From: Eukaryota sp. TZLM1-RC
Lineage: Eukaryota; Protista; Metamonada: BaSk clade
Reading direction: 5' to 3'
DNA length: 64,000 bases
Assembly: GCA_040285825.1 (NCBI GenBank)
Contig: JAUPSS010000006.1
Location: 310,001 to 374,000 of the forward strand
In this document: piece by piece, positions 36,235 to 49,689 of the stretch
Position numbering within the stretch: the first letter of the stretch is position 1
How the letters are laid out: the number at the start of each line of letters is the position of its first letter
Made by a program: the position numbers and the translations under genes
The notes under the pieces: model-generated
Database searches by the model: none
Seen by the model: only the letters and a program-made list of their open reading frames with translations
What the model was told of the DNA's origin: nothing

Positions 36235-36940
36235 TTCCAATTTCCGATCGATCGGATTGACAAAAGGAATTAAATTTCTTCCAATAGAGAACCAGCAACT
36301 AAACGAGATGCCGTTAACGCTTGAGGTAACTTGAAACGTCCCAAGATAACACTATTAAATAAGAATGTTAAATCATCAGCGATTTCTGGGCATATGTTGA
36401 CAGCCGATTTCAAATGATCATAATTAAGTCCAAAAGGCCCAGCTGAACGACCAGACGGAAGTACTTTGATAGCTACACTAACTTCATCAGAAGTAATAGG
36501 ATTAGCAGTGAAGAAATCACGTGCAGCATCAGAACCAATGTGGATACAGGTTCAGAGACTGCTTCTTGGATTGGATAACATTAGCCTTCTTAAGAGGGGG
36601 AGTTGAAGTCGTTTTGGTAGCTTTAGGAGGCATGAAAAAAATTGGTTTTCTCAAATCACATGTTCCTATTAACGAGATGTTTAAGCACATGCCTCATATT
36701 GTTATAGATATTGTAAGGAATTGGCAAAGTCAACGTGGCCTCCTTCAATTAAAAGGGTTCACTTCAGTAATTGTTAGTTGTAGTATTTCTTTTATTCCAG
36801 AAAAGATCTTCGGTTTTAACAGATTAAAGGAGTTACAACCAATTTGGCCTGCTGGTCATGTAAAAAAGTCAAACATTCACAAAGATTTCCAATTCAAAAA
36901 AATTGGTCTTCTTCTCCTCAGAATGAAATATTAATTTCAA
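36235..36940. repeat. Direct duplicate of ~61215-61927; contains a CRE RT fragment (36293-36525, minus) and an inverted copy of ~13690-13865
   Basis: Minus strand reads PITSDEVSVAIKVLPSGRSAGPFGLNYDHLK..LTASRLVA. Same-start ORFs at 36521 and 61500. Confidence 0.9.
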
Positions 36941-37788
36941 TGATTTAAAAAAACCGTGATGAATGAAGGCTTCGATGGATGTTTGAGACCAAGCAGAGTA
37001 CTGCATCATTCATCACGTTCACCTACCAACATGGATTCAATATCTACGGGTAATCAAGGCCGATCTCATCCATCTAACCCTCCTATTCCAATGATGTCGA
37101 GGTATCTGGGAGTGTTCAACACACATATGATGCTCAAAAAAGTAAGTTCAATTTAAACAGAGAGTTTTATCGACAGGCACTGGAAAAACTTTATAGAATG
37201 ACTAAGAACGCTTCTGATAGAAACTTCCTGCTGAAGTGTACAATATACACATAATTAAGAGGTTCTACAGTTCCATAGTTTATTTTGAAGTTATGCAAAA
37301 TGATAGGGATTATCGTCAATGATAATGAAAATCTACAGTGTTATGTTGGAGGATATCTTGAACATCTGCAAAACTACAGTCAGAATTAAATACTAACTGA
37401 TGAGCAAGACTGTGTTTGTTAAAAAACTTATTACAACGATTGACACTACACAATTGACACTGCCACTGATGGGGGGGGGGAACTGATGTAACAGGTCTTA
37501 GTTTGATTCATCAAAAGTACAAACAGGTGTATGTGTACATAGAGAGGAGTTGAAAAGGATTCCATGTTGGAAGGTGAATTAGAGGTGACTCAGGTGGGAT
37601 ATACACATTAAAAAAGTTTAATTGCTGGAACAGTAGTACACCTTAAATGAAAATCACACAGAAGAGAATTTCACAAACACACATCTGGGGTTTTCTTGTG
37701 TAGTGCATAATTCATTTCTGAAATTCGTTCCACCACCAACAGTCCCGCCACCAATTTCTTCCTTTCTCCTACGACTCACAAACATATT

Positions 37789-38900
37789 AATGCCACACAA
37801 TTACGACTTCTTGATGGAACATGATGATATCAACTACTTAAAGGATCACCTCAACGATTTCGGTTCTGACGAACAATCTCATTTGAAAGCTCTGCGACTT
37901 CATGCTTCTGAGGATACTCGTGTTAGAGCTCTTTACACCTACTTCTACTTGAAGAAATCTCAAGCTGAGATCAGCCAATTTTTTTGGGTCAATCAGAGTA
38001 CTATTTCTAGATGGTTTACTGACCTTTTTGAAAGGAAAGACAAGGAGAAAAACAACTGTACGCCCATCCATTCCGACCCAAATTCACGTACGATATTGAA
38101 TGATAATGACATTCAGTATATCACACTGTTATTGAAGAAAAAGCCTTTGTTGTTTTTACGGGAAATTAAAAGAATAATTGAAAGAGAACTGGACAAAAAG
38201 GTTTCGATCTCAACGGTTCATCGTTGTCTTGTTGATCGGTGTAATTTCACCAGAAAAAAAGCAAGGAGAATGGTACAGCGAGCACGTCTCGATTTAATAG
38301 TTACCTTTTGCAACAATTTTAATAAATTTAATGGTGTTGTCGTACAAGAACAATTAGTATTTATTGATGAAGTGAGTTTTCGCGTTGACGATTTTCCAAG
38401 GAAGTACGTTCGATCCCCAAGTGGAAAAGAGGTTGTTTCGATACAGCCCCAATTCAAAGATGGGCTTGTTGGTTTTGTTGTAGCCATCACAGTTGATGGT
38501 TACCTTCTTTGTCACAACAGAAAAGGTCACCTTTCAAGATCCCTCTTCATTGATTTTTTGAAGGATTTATTGCGTAAAGGTTTACTTAGAACAACAGGAG
38601 GTAGACGCTCAATCATTATTTTAGATGGTTGTAAAATACACAAACATCCTTTTATTAATGAAGCAATGTGACGGACAGATGTACAATATAAAATACTCCC
38701 CCTATTGTCCCGAAATGAATCCAATTGAGGTGTTTTTTGGATTATTGAAAAAAAAAGTACAAGATTATTGTTTCAATAATCAACATACTGATCATGTGGA
38801 AGTCATTAATTATGTGTTAGAGACACAAATGTCCAACAATCTGGCACACATTTTTGATCATGCTGGTTGGCGAAATTTAAAACCCTACGATTCACCATAT
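37789..38900 (+). mobile_element. Tc1/IS630-family transposase (DD34E), one stop and one frameshift near the catalytic E
   Basis: HTH-like SQAEISQFFWVNQSTISRW; VSISTVHR; VFIDE; IILDGCKIH; YCPEMNPIEVFFG. D-34-E spacing if LPPY is restored at the C-run near 38700. No TIRs seen. Confidence 0.9.
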
Positions 38901-38915
38901 TTTGATTTTAGTTCT

Positions 38916-39698
38916 TCAAATATTCTCACAAAAGCAATATTTCTCGATTTCAAGCCTTTCAAGTATCACTTGTTTAAGCCGATCCATTTTTTTAGCAACA
39001 AACTGGGAGAGTTTGTACGACATTTCAGACACTTCTGGCTTAAAAGGTTCAATGGGGCGCGCCAATGGGAATCTTCTCAAAAGGTCAAGGGGGGGATCAG
39101 TTGAAGAGTGATGAGTTCCTGCTGTAAGCCTATCAGCCCAAAGTTGAAAGAACTCAGTACAACCTGAAAGATGTGGGTTCGCAGACATCAGTTCTGAAGC
39201 TGTCCAAGTTCTAAGATTAGCAACTTTTAGGGTATTGATAAATGTTCTGTATTGCTTCGTTGTTATGTTTGTCACTTCAACTCTAACGCGGAATAGACCA
39301 TTTTTGATCTAATTAGCAACCGCTGAGACTGAAGGCTCCGAAGATTTGTTGTTACCACTCATAAAGTGGAATGCGACAATTGAGTCTGTTCTAAGAAGAA
39401 CATTGTTTTCGTCAAGATGACGAAAGAAAAGCCATGTAAACAAAGGTTGCAACGTTGTTGAGCAAACATCCTTAGGGCTATTGTAATGTAACTCTATTTT
39501 TCTCTCCATTTTTGGCGCACGTACGTGAGGGAAGAACTCACAACTTACCATTACAGACATAGTGTTTCCAGTAGCTGTGAATGAAGGAGTACCTTGGTAT
39601 TCAAGAATTGTTGATGCCTCATCAGGAAATGTCATTGAGGTGTTGGCATTAGGAGAAGGATGTGAGTTATTGTCAGGTGTGGTAGGAAGGTTATTCAT
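38916..39698 (-). pseudogene. ~260-codon uncharacterised ORF with a single in-frame TAG (39309-39311), convergent with the Tc1 transposase
   Basis: ORFs 39309-39698 and 38916-39275 are in the same frame, separated by one stop. Confidence 0.5.
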
Positions 39699-39829
39699 TG
39701 AAAAATGAAAATTAAAGATACGGATTTATTGTGGAAAGAGTAGAGAGAGTATGCATTTAGAATGAAAATCACAGTTACATTTTCCATCTGCAACACCTTT
39801 TGAATCACCTCACCGAGTCCAGTGGGGTG

Positions 39830-40440
39830 AGCGTACTTAGCCCTTCCCCTCGTATACTGAGAATGTTCGACGCTTCATGTTGCCAGCGTCAGCATCTTCA
39901 GTGCTTGCTTTGATACTGTTCTTTACCCACGATCTTTGCCATTGCCTACCATTATCTTCATTCTTATATCTTTCTTCTATATTCTTTCCTCTTCCTCCTG
40001 AACAGTGCTCGCCCACCCACCCAGTATCTCATCAGAGGTTGCCCCTCCTTACGAACCAACCAACCTATGGTACCGTTACAATACTTTTGTTGTCTTTGTA
40101 CATTGGTATTTTCTCACTGGGACTCGAACTCGCCACTCTATTTTTATTTTTTGGAGTTGGTGGGACTCGAACCCATGACATTGGACATTTTCGTTACCGA
40201 TGATCCAGATGTCGATTTCACCAATGTCAAAACTGTAGGTCCAGTTGATTTTGATGGTAAAGTTATCAGCGGATGTACTAATGATAAACTTCTCATTACC
40301 CTTGTTAAATTTAATGTTGATTCTTTTGATGTAGTTGTTGTTTGTTGTCAATCTCAATCTATTGTTGCTACTGATTCTTCTATTGATTTAGAAACTGTTC
40401 CAGCTACTGATGGTCATTTTGAATTAACCAAAATTAATTT
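39830..40440. repeat. Partial member of the tRNA-like/core family (B-box at 40163-40173, minus)
   Basis: CTTAGCCCTTCCC motif at ~39836; GGACTCGAACC; Val/Asp-rich repeat segment like 42120-42290 and 50440-50570. Confidence 0.6.
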
Positions 40441-40949
40441 AATTATGATTATTGTAAAGTTTGGCATGTTTAACTGATCCCTAACTGTTGGAGTCTTAAT
40501 CTCAGAAAATACATCCCTTAACTTCAATGACACTATATCTCCAGTTCTAAATCCTGGATGAAAATTTCAAGAGTTTTGATGTAATTTAAAAAGAAGCAAT
40601 AGCTGAATATGTCATTGGATGCTATATAAAAGCCTTATGGATGCTTTACCTATATAGAAGGTGTATCTGTAAGTTCTAACTTCTTTTTTGCCTACAACAA
40701 AGACACTGCTCGTAATTGGGGATGGAACCATCATAGCAAATTAAGTACATGCGGTTTAATTGATCGACCACAACCTGTTTAAGTATTTGGTTCTGAAATG
40801 CTTAGAAGTTTTTAAACAACCTGTGTAAAGAATCAACTTTGACTTTGTAATTATGATTTTCATTCTCCATCCCAATACCCTTCTGCTTTCGCTATTGAGG
40901 TTTATAGTTCCGGGCACACTTAGCCCTTCCCGTCGTCCACTCTTAACGC

Positions 40950-42090
40950 TGTGTTTATGTAATAAATAGGTCTATACTGACCTCTGCCTTTATGTCCTCT
41001 AAAATGGCCACCTCGGCCCCTACCTCTAAACCTAGATACACGTCTACCACGGCCACCTCGGCCTCTAACTACGCTGCCAGTTCTCGAAGGCTGATCAGCC
41101 TCGCCGATCTTAAACCTTAATTCTTTTGGTACCTTGCTCCTGGTACAACGGGGGTCTTTACATTCAAAAACCGTGTGACCAATAGGGTTATTTCCCTCGG
41201 TGACGTTGCAGAATGTACAGAACTTAGATCCCTCTCGTTCATGTCTTTCTGGGACATATTTGTTTTGGGGAGTTCGTTTGGATCCGCCTCCCGAGCGACG
41301 TTTAGCACCTGGACCAGATGGAATTGCTCCTCTAGAGAACGTTCTCATGGTCGAAAGGCCTAATGGAATATCTTCTTCTCTTTCAGCTTGTTTTCTCAAA
41401 AGTTCCATGGTGTGCCTATTTCCTGTTGTTTGGCACCAAGCTAAAAAGTGTCTTCTGGTGGTCGAAATCAGGTCTAACAAAGTTGTACCTGTTGAAGGGT
41501 CCCAGAGTTCATCTTTTGTCCAATGGCTTGCCAGCTCCTTGGTAATGGCGAAATTATCTATTCCCAAGAGAAAGTATTCTGCAATAAGGGCGGGTGAGAG
41601 GGTTATTAAGCCGCTGCTTCCCCTAATTGATGCAGATATAGAGTGATCAACCATGTAAGTGGTCATCCTCAGGAAGTTTTCAATTATCTTCGACGAACCT
41701 ACCAAATTCGTTGTCCGCATCCATTTTGTTGTGGATGTTTCTCCAATATATACAAGGTTTTGCTAGGGCAGAGCAAGCCTCATGATATGAGGTAAATTGT
41801 GTCCTGCGTAGCAGAAAAACCATTAGATCTGCGTCTGAGAAGTCCGGTCTCAGAAGTCCTTGGCCTTGCCATCTAGAGATGAGATGGGGGTCAACCATGC
41901 TTGATAAGCCGGACGGACAAGTACTAATCATCATACTTCTAAATAAGTCATAATGATGAGTAGGAGGTCCCAGACGTTTCGTCAGTTCTGGGTCGATCCT
42001 TAAAAGTGGCTGCTTCATGTCCCTATCGATTTCTTCTCTGATGTGAGATGGGAGAGATGATAAGAGCTCAGGGGTAATCTGGGTCTTTCC
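40950..42090 (-). mobile_element. LTR-retrotransposon gag-like ORF (frameshifted)
   Basis: CTFC-x10-H-x4-C knuckle-like motif; RG-rich tail; HHYDLFRS resembles HEWDLFRS in the 54554 ORF. Confidence 0.6.
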
Positions 42091-42298
42091 TTCGCCAAAT
42101 AATCGCTAATAATGCACCTCTTATTACCCTTGTTAAATCTATTGTTGATCTTGGTGATGTAGTTGTTGTTGGTTGTCATTCTCAATTTATTGTTGTTACT
42201 GATTCTTTTATTGATTTGGAAACTGTTCTTGTTTGTGGTTCAACTACCACAGATGATTACTTTGAATTAACCAAAACTACTTTGAATTTTTTAAATTT

Positions 42299-42536
42299 AG
42301 AGTCTTTACCAAATATTGAGAGTAATTCTCTTTATTTTGAGTCTTTATCAATAAATACATAAACGACTGAGTAATCATTAATCATTCAGTTTTTAACTGT
42401 TTGAGGTTGGTTACGGTCAAGAAAGATATGATTACGTGTGTCTGTATAGTCTACATGTTTTTGGATTTTTGTAGGTTTAATACTTACAACAATTTTATTT
42501 AATGAATTAATTTGAGGATTTCTTTTTTTACCTCAA
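42299..42536 (+). repeat. Dispersed core repeat, copy 5
   Basis: Same core sequence as 3262-3500. Confidence 0.95.
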
Positions 42537-43894
42537 GTCTGGAGGAAGACAAAGTGCTGGACATTCGTGCTGGAGGTGCACGACGACTGCTACACCTTCT
42601 GGGTCCAGCATCCACTAATTCGCCAACAGTATCAAGTACTGCTCGAACTCCAAAATGGTTGATCAAGCTACTGAGACTTTTTCTCAATAGCTCGTCTCTA
42701 GTGGACACTGGTGAAGATATAACTTGTTCAGCGCTAGAGTCACTTTCGGACTTAGGTTAGTTTGATAGGATTACATACAGAACTATCATCAGAGCTCGAC
42801 TTGGAGCCTTCTTGTTGGGTTGGATTTGAGTCTCCAACAGCACTCTCCAATTGAGCACTCTCTGTTGCACCACTCTCTGACTTTTATGGTTAATCCATTA
42901 TGACAACATACTTTATCTGTATCACTCATGATGCTAGAATTATACACAATGTTTTGAATGTGTTTTTATTCATTTACTCCTTGTATTGGTTCTTTAAATA
43001 AATATTTGTTTTTGATTTGTTTTATTTTTTAAACACTAGTCGAGAAACCACAATACATCCAATGTCTTTAAAATGGGTGTATACACCATAAAGACACCAT
43101 TGGGAGTGATTAAATGTGATATGTAATTAGGAATATTCGTTGTTGCCTTTTTTCCAAACATCCAATTAAACGATGTTGCCTTTTTTCCCAACATCACTCA
43201 AAATTTCAATTCATCTCTATGCATCGTCCTAAAACTCTCTGGAAACCAGCTTTCACACCTTTCACTACTCAGCTAACTGCTTTTACCAATGCTCGCCATC
43301 CCACCCATCATAACACTCCTTTTGATTGTGTCTTTGCTTGAACACTACTTGATACTGTGTTGAAGTTTCGATCACTCAAAGATTTGTCAAAAAACACTGC
43401 TAAAACTAAGACTGAAGAACAAATTATCCAATTTATTGGTAAAAAATGAATAAAATTGAAGGAAGATCAGGTCAATTATGAAAAGAGTTTATTAAAGAAA
43501 ATTGATATAGAAATTGCAGAATCTATTCGCATTTCACTTGTTTCACCTCTCTGTCCAACTGAACTTATAGAAGATGCGGAGAAACTTTTTCAATTTTCCG
43601 GTAGATGTAACTACTATAGTTACATACTATATATATGTTACCATATATATTGTAGCAGCATATGTTTCAATTTGAAATTATCATAAAAATTCCGTTTATT
43701 TGTTGATCATACGAGTATTCATATCATCAACAAATGTGCTAATTCTATTCGACATACACTACTAGTTTCGTTTTAGACAAATAGGGTGATTTATAACACT
43801 CAAACTGAACCCATCCTGTCCTTTCAAATAAGATATTTCCAATATTGATGAACTATTGTATTTCCGTAAAGATTCCAGCGATGAAATAATGAGT

Positions 43895-44295
43895 TTAATA
43901 GTGGGAGCTTGTGGCTAAAATTGTGCCCACGTTAGAACTTTTTTGCGTAATAATGCAAAAAAAGGTTTCAAGTGAATTAGACTCATGTGAGTATGAAGGC
44001 AATATCAAAAACTCTAGCCCAACCTTAAGAACTGCATGAAAACTTTCAGGCCCAATATGGATCCTAGATCCGTCCATTACTAATACAGATCTGTTTGCTA
44101 GAAATCTGTGTGTAATTCCAGATTTAATAATATCTTTTAAAAAACCAATAAATTCATGACGGTTAAAATGACCTTCTTTCATATGACCCATAATATAACC
44201 CCATTGACCCATATCAGGGAAAAAACATACTACAACCTCTAAGTAAATTTCAATACTGAGGAATTCCTCTTTCTGACCTCAATTTCACCATTTTC
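43895..44295 (-). mobile_element. Second Tc1/IS630 transposase fragment (D-34-E)
   Basis: GHFNRHEFIGFLKD..SVLVMDGSRIH..ILPSYSHESNSLETFF aligns with the 37789 transposase. Confidence 0.85.
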
Positions 44296-44303
44296 TTCAA
44301 AAC

Positions 44304-44672
44304 ATGTCCCCAAGACGCCATTTCTTCACTCCTGAAGAAGATAATCTTATATTAATATACGTTGTACAGAAACTACACCAAGTGGATGGGGATCTTGATC
44401 GCCTTAAGCTTGGTGGGAATGTATTCTGGCAAAAAGCCACGGAACACTTTTTCACAGAATCTCAGCTCCTCTGCCACACGTACCAATCAATCGGCGATAT
44501 ATTCCACAAGTATTTAAAGAAGGAGTTTATCAAAACTATAGAAGATCCATCATCCAATATACCAAGGTCTCATTCACCACACTCCCTCAAAATTTCACCT
44601 GAAGTTTCTCTTTTTGCTGAAATAAATGTCGATATTGAAAACCTTCCTCAATTTCGTTGTGAGCGCATATAA
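44304..44672 (+). pseudogene. Rap1-type Myb domain ORF
   Basis: RHFFTPEEDNLILIYV..GGNVFWQK..HTYQSIGDIFHKYL matches the Rap1 Myb pattern FT.EED..I...V..GN..W..HTWQS.RDR..K.L. No BRCT or RCT domain seen. Confidence 0.65.
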
Positions 44673-44899
44673 GTTCGTTCAAATAGTACCTTTTTGTTTC
44701 AACTGTACCGATACTTTTCATCTACCAATGTGCTCTGCCAAGGTTTATCCTAGATAGTCTTTGTGTAGATTGGCCTATTTGCATTGGTTATTTTCTTTTG
44801 TTGAACTGGGTGGATGGGTGTTGCGAATTTGAAAATAAGCACCCGAGTTGCAAATCACAGTATTCAACTTAGGTGAATCATACAGATCAACTGTGTAAT

Positions 44900-45365
44900 T
44901 CTGATTTTCATTCTCCATCCCGATACCCTTTCGCTTTCGCTATTGAGGTTTATAGTTCCGGGCACACTTAGCCCTTCCCGTCGTCCACTCTTAACGCTAG
45001 ACGCTAACGGTCCATGACATCGGTATTTTCCTTGTATCATTCTTGATGATGATTCTCCTTTCTGTTGCATAACCACTGATGGTACATCTCCCCTCTCAAA
45101 TCTCTTCCCTTAAACATAAGACCATCGTCCCTCTTTTGCGATTACCCATCCCAATTTCCTTGTTTGGACTTTGTTGAATGGATACATTACCCACACAGGC
45201 TCTCTCGAACTCTTTTCTGCTGTTTCTGGTTCACCAGTTCCGTTGTTCATCTACCTTTGAAATTCTTTCTGAAATTTGAACTCATCCGGTGGGACTCGAA
45301 CCCAGACAGATGTGTCGGCCGACATATCTAACAGATGATACATCATTAGTTGAGCCGACATGATT
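44900..45365 (-). repeat. Partial member of the tRNA-like family
   Basis: Minus strand: GTCGGCCGAC palindrome, then TGGGTTCGAGTCCCA (45291-45304), then GACGGGAAGGGCTAAGTGTGCCC. ~95 bp of it recurs at 40855-40950. Confidence 0.7.
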
Positions 45366-46962
45366 TATTTTTCTGTTTTGGTTCCTATTCTTGGACTGTT
45401 TTATATCACCGCTCTTTCACTTAAAAAAGAACAATTATTTGAAAATATTCTGTAATTTACATGTGTTGGCAAAGTAAAATTAGACTTGTTTCACTTTTGG
45501 ATACAACAGGTTGAATTATCCATTATGTGGATTTGGCTTATAGTGTGCAATATTATTTGAAGAATACAAATATAGAAAAAATAAAATGGATAATATATTG
45601 TAACAGTTTTATTGTTTCAATACCATAATTGGATATGTACCTGTTGACAAGTGAAGTATATTGTTTCAAAGGAATAAGATGGACAAATACTCCATCACCA
45701 TTAACAACTGAAGTAAGAGCACAAATGTACAAGTTGCGGTGCACAGAGTCCCATAACTTTACAACGACAATGGGATCATGCAATAGGTCATTTCGTCTCA
45801 ATATAAAAGTAAGACAAGATACCAAACGACATATTGATCTTCTAATAACACTGTGATGAGAAGATCACAAGACATAAAACACACAGAGATAAATCAACAT
45901 AACGTCGAGATGGCCTAGCAGTTGCTGTTTTTGAAGGGAAATAAGAGATTGGATGAACTGGATGAGATGATGGACTGTATGAAGTGTGTAGTTGCGGAGA
46001 TGGAGAGTGTGTAGTATCACAATGTGATTGGACATCTGATTGGTCATCTTCCAAATCAAGGGAAGTTCTGTACTTAAGAACACGTTGAATAACATGCAAC
46101 ATGGTATGACTGATACAAAAACGAGATGATGAATGATCAAATATTGAAGTATTGTAGTTCATAGATGTTGAAGAGAAGAAGAGAAGGAAATCGACACTGT
46201 GATGATGAGGGCTATTGTGAATCTTGAATCTTATTTTACTTTCCAACTATTGATCATCCATCATGTCTGCACCCAATTGGACATTCCCAGAATCTTTACG
46301 GGACCAAGATACTATCGTACAACTTGAAAATCTGCATTACCAGAACATTTTAGGTACTATAATGAAGTGGTGCGATCTTGACACTAGCACATCAACAAAT
46401 TTCGAAGGAGAACCCAATGCAGCTCAATTGATAGTAGTTGATCATGAACAGCGGAAATGTTTTGTTCACAATCAGATTGGAAGTGAATACCCCACTATTG
46501 AGGATTTTCTTAATCATATGTATAACAAGAATTTTATTACAAAAGGTACCAAAAAGAAATGGATAGAACCAGCAACACCAAAGAGTTCTCTTGTTGAAGG
46601 TAGTGAACAGATGGATCCAGCCCTTGAGTGTGATCAAAGTTTTGTGTTTTAATTAATTTACAATTAAAAAACATTGTCAGATGCAAAATTGACTCAATAA
46701 ACACATTAATCACATATCTTTATAACTGTACATACATTTAACAAGCTATTATCAACAAAAAACCACCTGATTTCAGCATGAGATGAGTCCATCAGTGGTA
46801 TCAGCATTTCTGTACTAGATCCAAAAAGGGAATTAGACTTTGAGACTTGAAAGTTGAATTGTTATTTGTACAATAATTGTATTTTTTTTCTCCCAAAAAG
46901 GAATTAGACTTTCAAGTCAGTATAGCACAATAAGTTTATTTTGTGAATCTTTTTCATTCCGC

Positions 46963-47676
46963 GTATCATGACAATTGATAATCTGGACAGTCTACAGTGA
47001 CTACAGGAGCAAGTTTCATTAGTACACAATGAACAATAATAATGAATAGTTTAGAGATAATGACCTTGCTCCAATAGTTTCTTTAGTTACTCAGTTGTTG
47101 TAATGATGTATTGATTTAATTGTACAATTGAATATGTTGGAAGTCATGATTTATTGATGAAAAACTATAAGTCTTCGTCATTATCTTCGTCATTATCTTT
47201 TCGTAATTTTTTCGTCTTTCTTTTGTCCGGTAATTTCAATTGCCACCGTTCTTCCTCATGACCTTGTTCAATTATTGAGGTTTTCTGGTTGTTTAAAAAA
47301 GGAAATTTGTCGTCATTGTATCATGACAATTGATAATCTGGACAGTCTACAGTGACTACAGGAGCAAGTTTCATTAGTACACAATGAACAATAATAATGA
47401 ATAGTTTAGAGATAATGACCTTGCTCCAATAGTTTCTTTAGTTACTCAGTTGTTGTAATGATGTATTGATTTAATTGTACAATTGAATATGTTGGAAGTC
47501 ATGATTTATTAATGAAAAACTATAAGTCTTCGTCATTATCTTCGTCATTATCTTTTCGTAATTTTTTCGTCTTTCTTTTGTCCGGTAATTTCAATTGCCA
47601 CCGTTCTTCCTCATGACCTTGTTCAATTATTCAGGTTTTCTGGTTGTTTAAAAAAGGAAATTTGTCGTCATTGTAT
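46963..47676. repeat. Tandem duplication of a 355-bp unit
   Basis: Units start GTATCATGACAATTG at 46963 and 47318; GTAT microhomology at the junction. Confidence 0.95.
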
Positions 47677-49184
47677 TTAACAAACAATTCTTCATCTTTG
47701 TGAATTTTGCGTGTTGTGTAAAAAAATAGACGCTTGCCTACGCCGATCATGTCTAAATTTACTGCCACATTTGTATTGACATAACGTCCAATCCCTGTTT
47801 CTGACATATCAGTGCTGGTTGCATCAATCCATGTTTTTTTTCCAGTACCATAAGTTCTAGCAAAGCCACGAAAAACCGAAGGAATATACTAAAGGCAACA
47901 ACGAAACAGGAATGAACATTACAAGAAAAACTGATGCAATCACACAATTCAAGGCGTGAATTTAGAGAATTTTTACAAAAAGAACTTTTATTTTCTACGA
48001 AAAAACAAAACAAAACAAATTAACACACATAAGAAACAAAATTCCTACATCAACTTTTGATGAATCCTTATACAGCTTGGACTTCATTAAACTTAAATAC
48101 ATGGGAACACTTCTGTGCAAAGCAAAAATGATACGATTCTTCCATAAATTCCGTGCAATATTCTTACCATTTGAACGACATAAATTATCAAAACCATTGA
48201 GAAAATTGAAAACAGATTGACCAATGTTGCCAAATTATAATATAATATAATTTAATTTAAGGCAGACTGAAAGAGAATTTTATTTAATGTTATTGTATAT
48301 GAACTAAGGTATTTATTAGTAAGATATTTACAGTGAGGAGGTTTCAATGACGATCAGGTGGAAATACTAGATTAAGAAATATTTAAGATTTTAAAAAAAG
48401 CAAGAACGAAATATGAGAGTGTGTTTTTCTTCTCGTTTGATGGAATTTTCAACTAACGTTATTCAATAACTTAAGTCGAATCATATCAAGCCAAGTCAAA
48501 TTGTGCATAACGACTTAACATGTTTCGTTTTTGGATCAGAAGACAAGTTGTCAATAAGTTTTTAAACGGGGTAATGAGACATGAACAAGGTTTAATGCCG
48601 ATCAGTTGGAGATGCAATAAGGAATATTTAAGGTATATTGTACTACCAAACTTAGTATGTATACAATTAGTGCAGTAAATGGTCCAGCAACATTTCAATG
48701 TTGGAGAAATTCAAAACCTCCAAAATCATTTTTCGACACCCAACTTACTGATTCTGTCTTGAACAATAAATAACATTATGTGGATATTCAGAATCAGTAA
48801 ACAGTAGTCAATGTCTGTGTAATAAGCAAAAAGCAACAGAACACTGTTTTCGAAAAAAATTTCCGAGGTTAACCAATTTAATAGGGATTATTGCAACTGT
48901 TGCTCAAATACTACATGTTACATTCTATTTCGTTTTCTGTTTTCGCCACCATTGTCTCATTCATGTTAATAAGACTACATGTGTTGACATTGAGCAACAT
49001 TAGAACACTTTTAATTTTCAAACTTGTTTAGTGCTGAATTTTTGTTTTATTTTAAAAATTAAAAATTAAGTTTATTTTTTATCATCATCTTCGATTTCAA
49101 CAACTACAACATCTTCTTCATCATCATCAATTTTGACGTCATGAATCTTTAGTTCTTTTAATAGGACTGAACTCTTTCAAAGTG

Positions 49185-49603
49185 ATTGGATTGATAATTC
49201 TGAAGCTATTGTTGACTTTGTCTCATGTAATGTTGCAAATACTTTGGTTCACAAAAGAAAACTTAATCCTGTGAATGCTCTTGATTTCAATGCAAAAGAA
49301 AAACATAGAAAATAAGATAAAGATATTGAAGAGGCTAATGCTGATGAAAATACACAGCTAGTTTTTATTGCTTTCCCATTTTCGATAAACGGAAGATTAT
49401 CAGTTGAAGCAGAAACTATTTTGAATGACTTCCAAAAAATGGTTCAAGAAAAAACAATGAAAAGATTTGATATTTTTTTATGACGCTCTCGAATTCAATT
49501 TGCCATTATTAATAGATAACCTCGGTTTTTCAATCGAATTAGAGAAGTTTTAGCTAGACAGCAAGCAGATCAAGATTTTGTAGAGGAAATCTTGGTTCAA
49601 TGA
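49185..49603 (+). mobile_element. RLE endonuclease fragment of a further CRE-like non-LTR family
   Basis: Manual translation AIVDFVSCNV..AKEKHRK*..FIAFPFSINGRLSVEAETILNDF..RIQFAI. Confidence 0.7.
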
Positions 49604-49689
49604 TAGTTGTCCCATTAGTTATGAATTAATTTAATTAAGTGTGCATGTTCAATAAATATTTTATATGCTCTATTGGATGAAATTGAATT

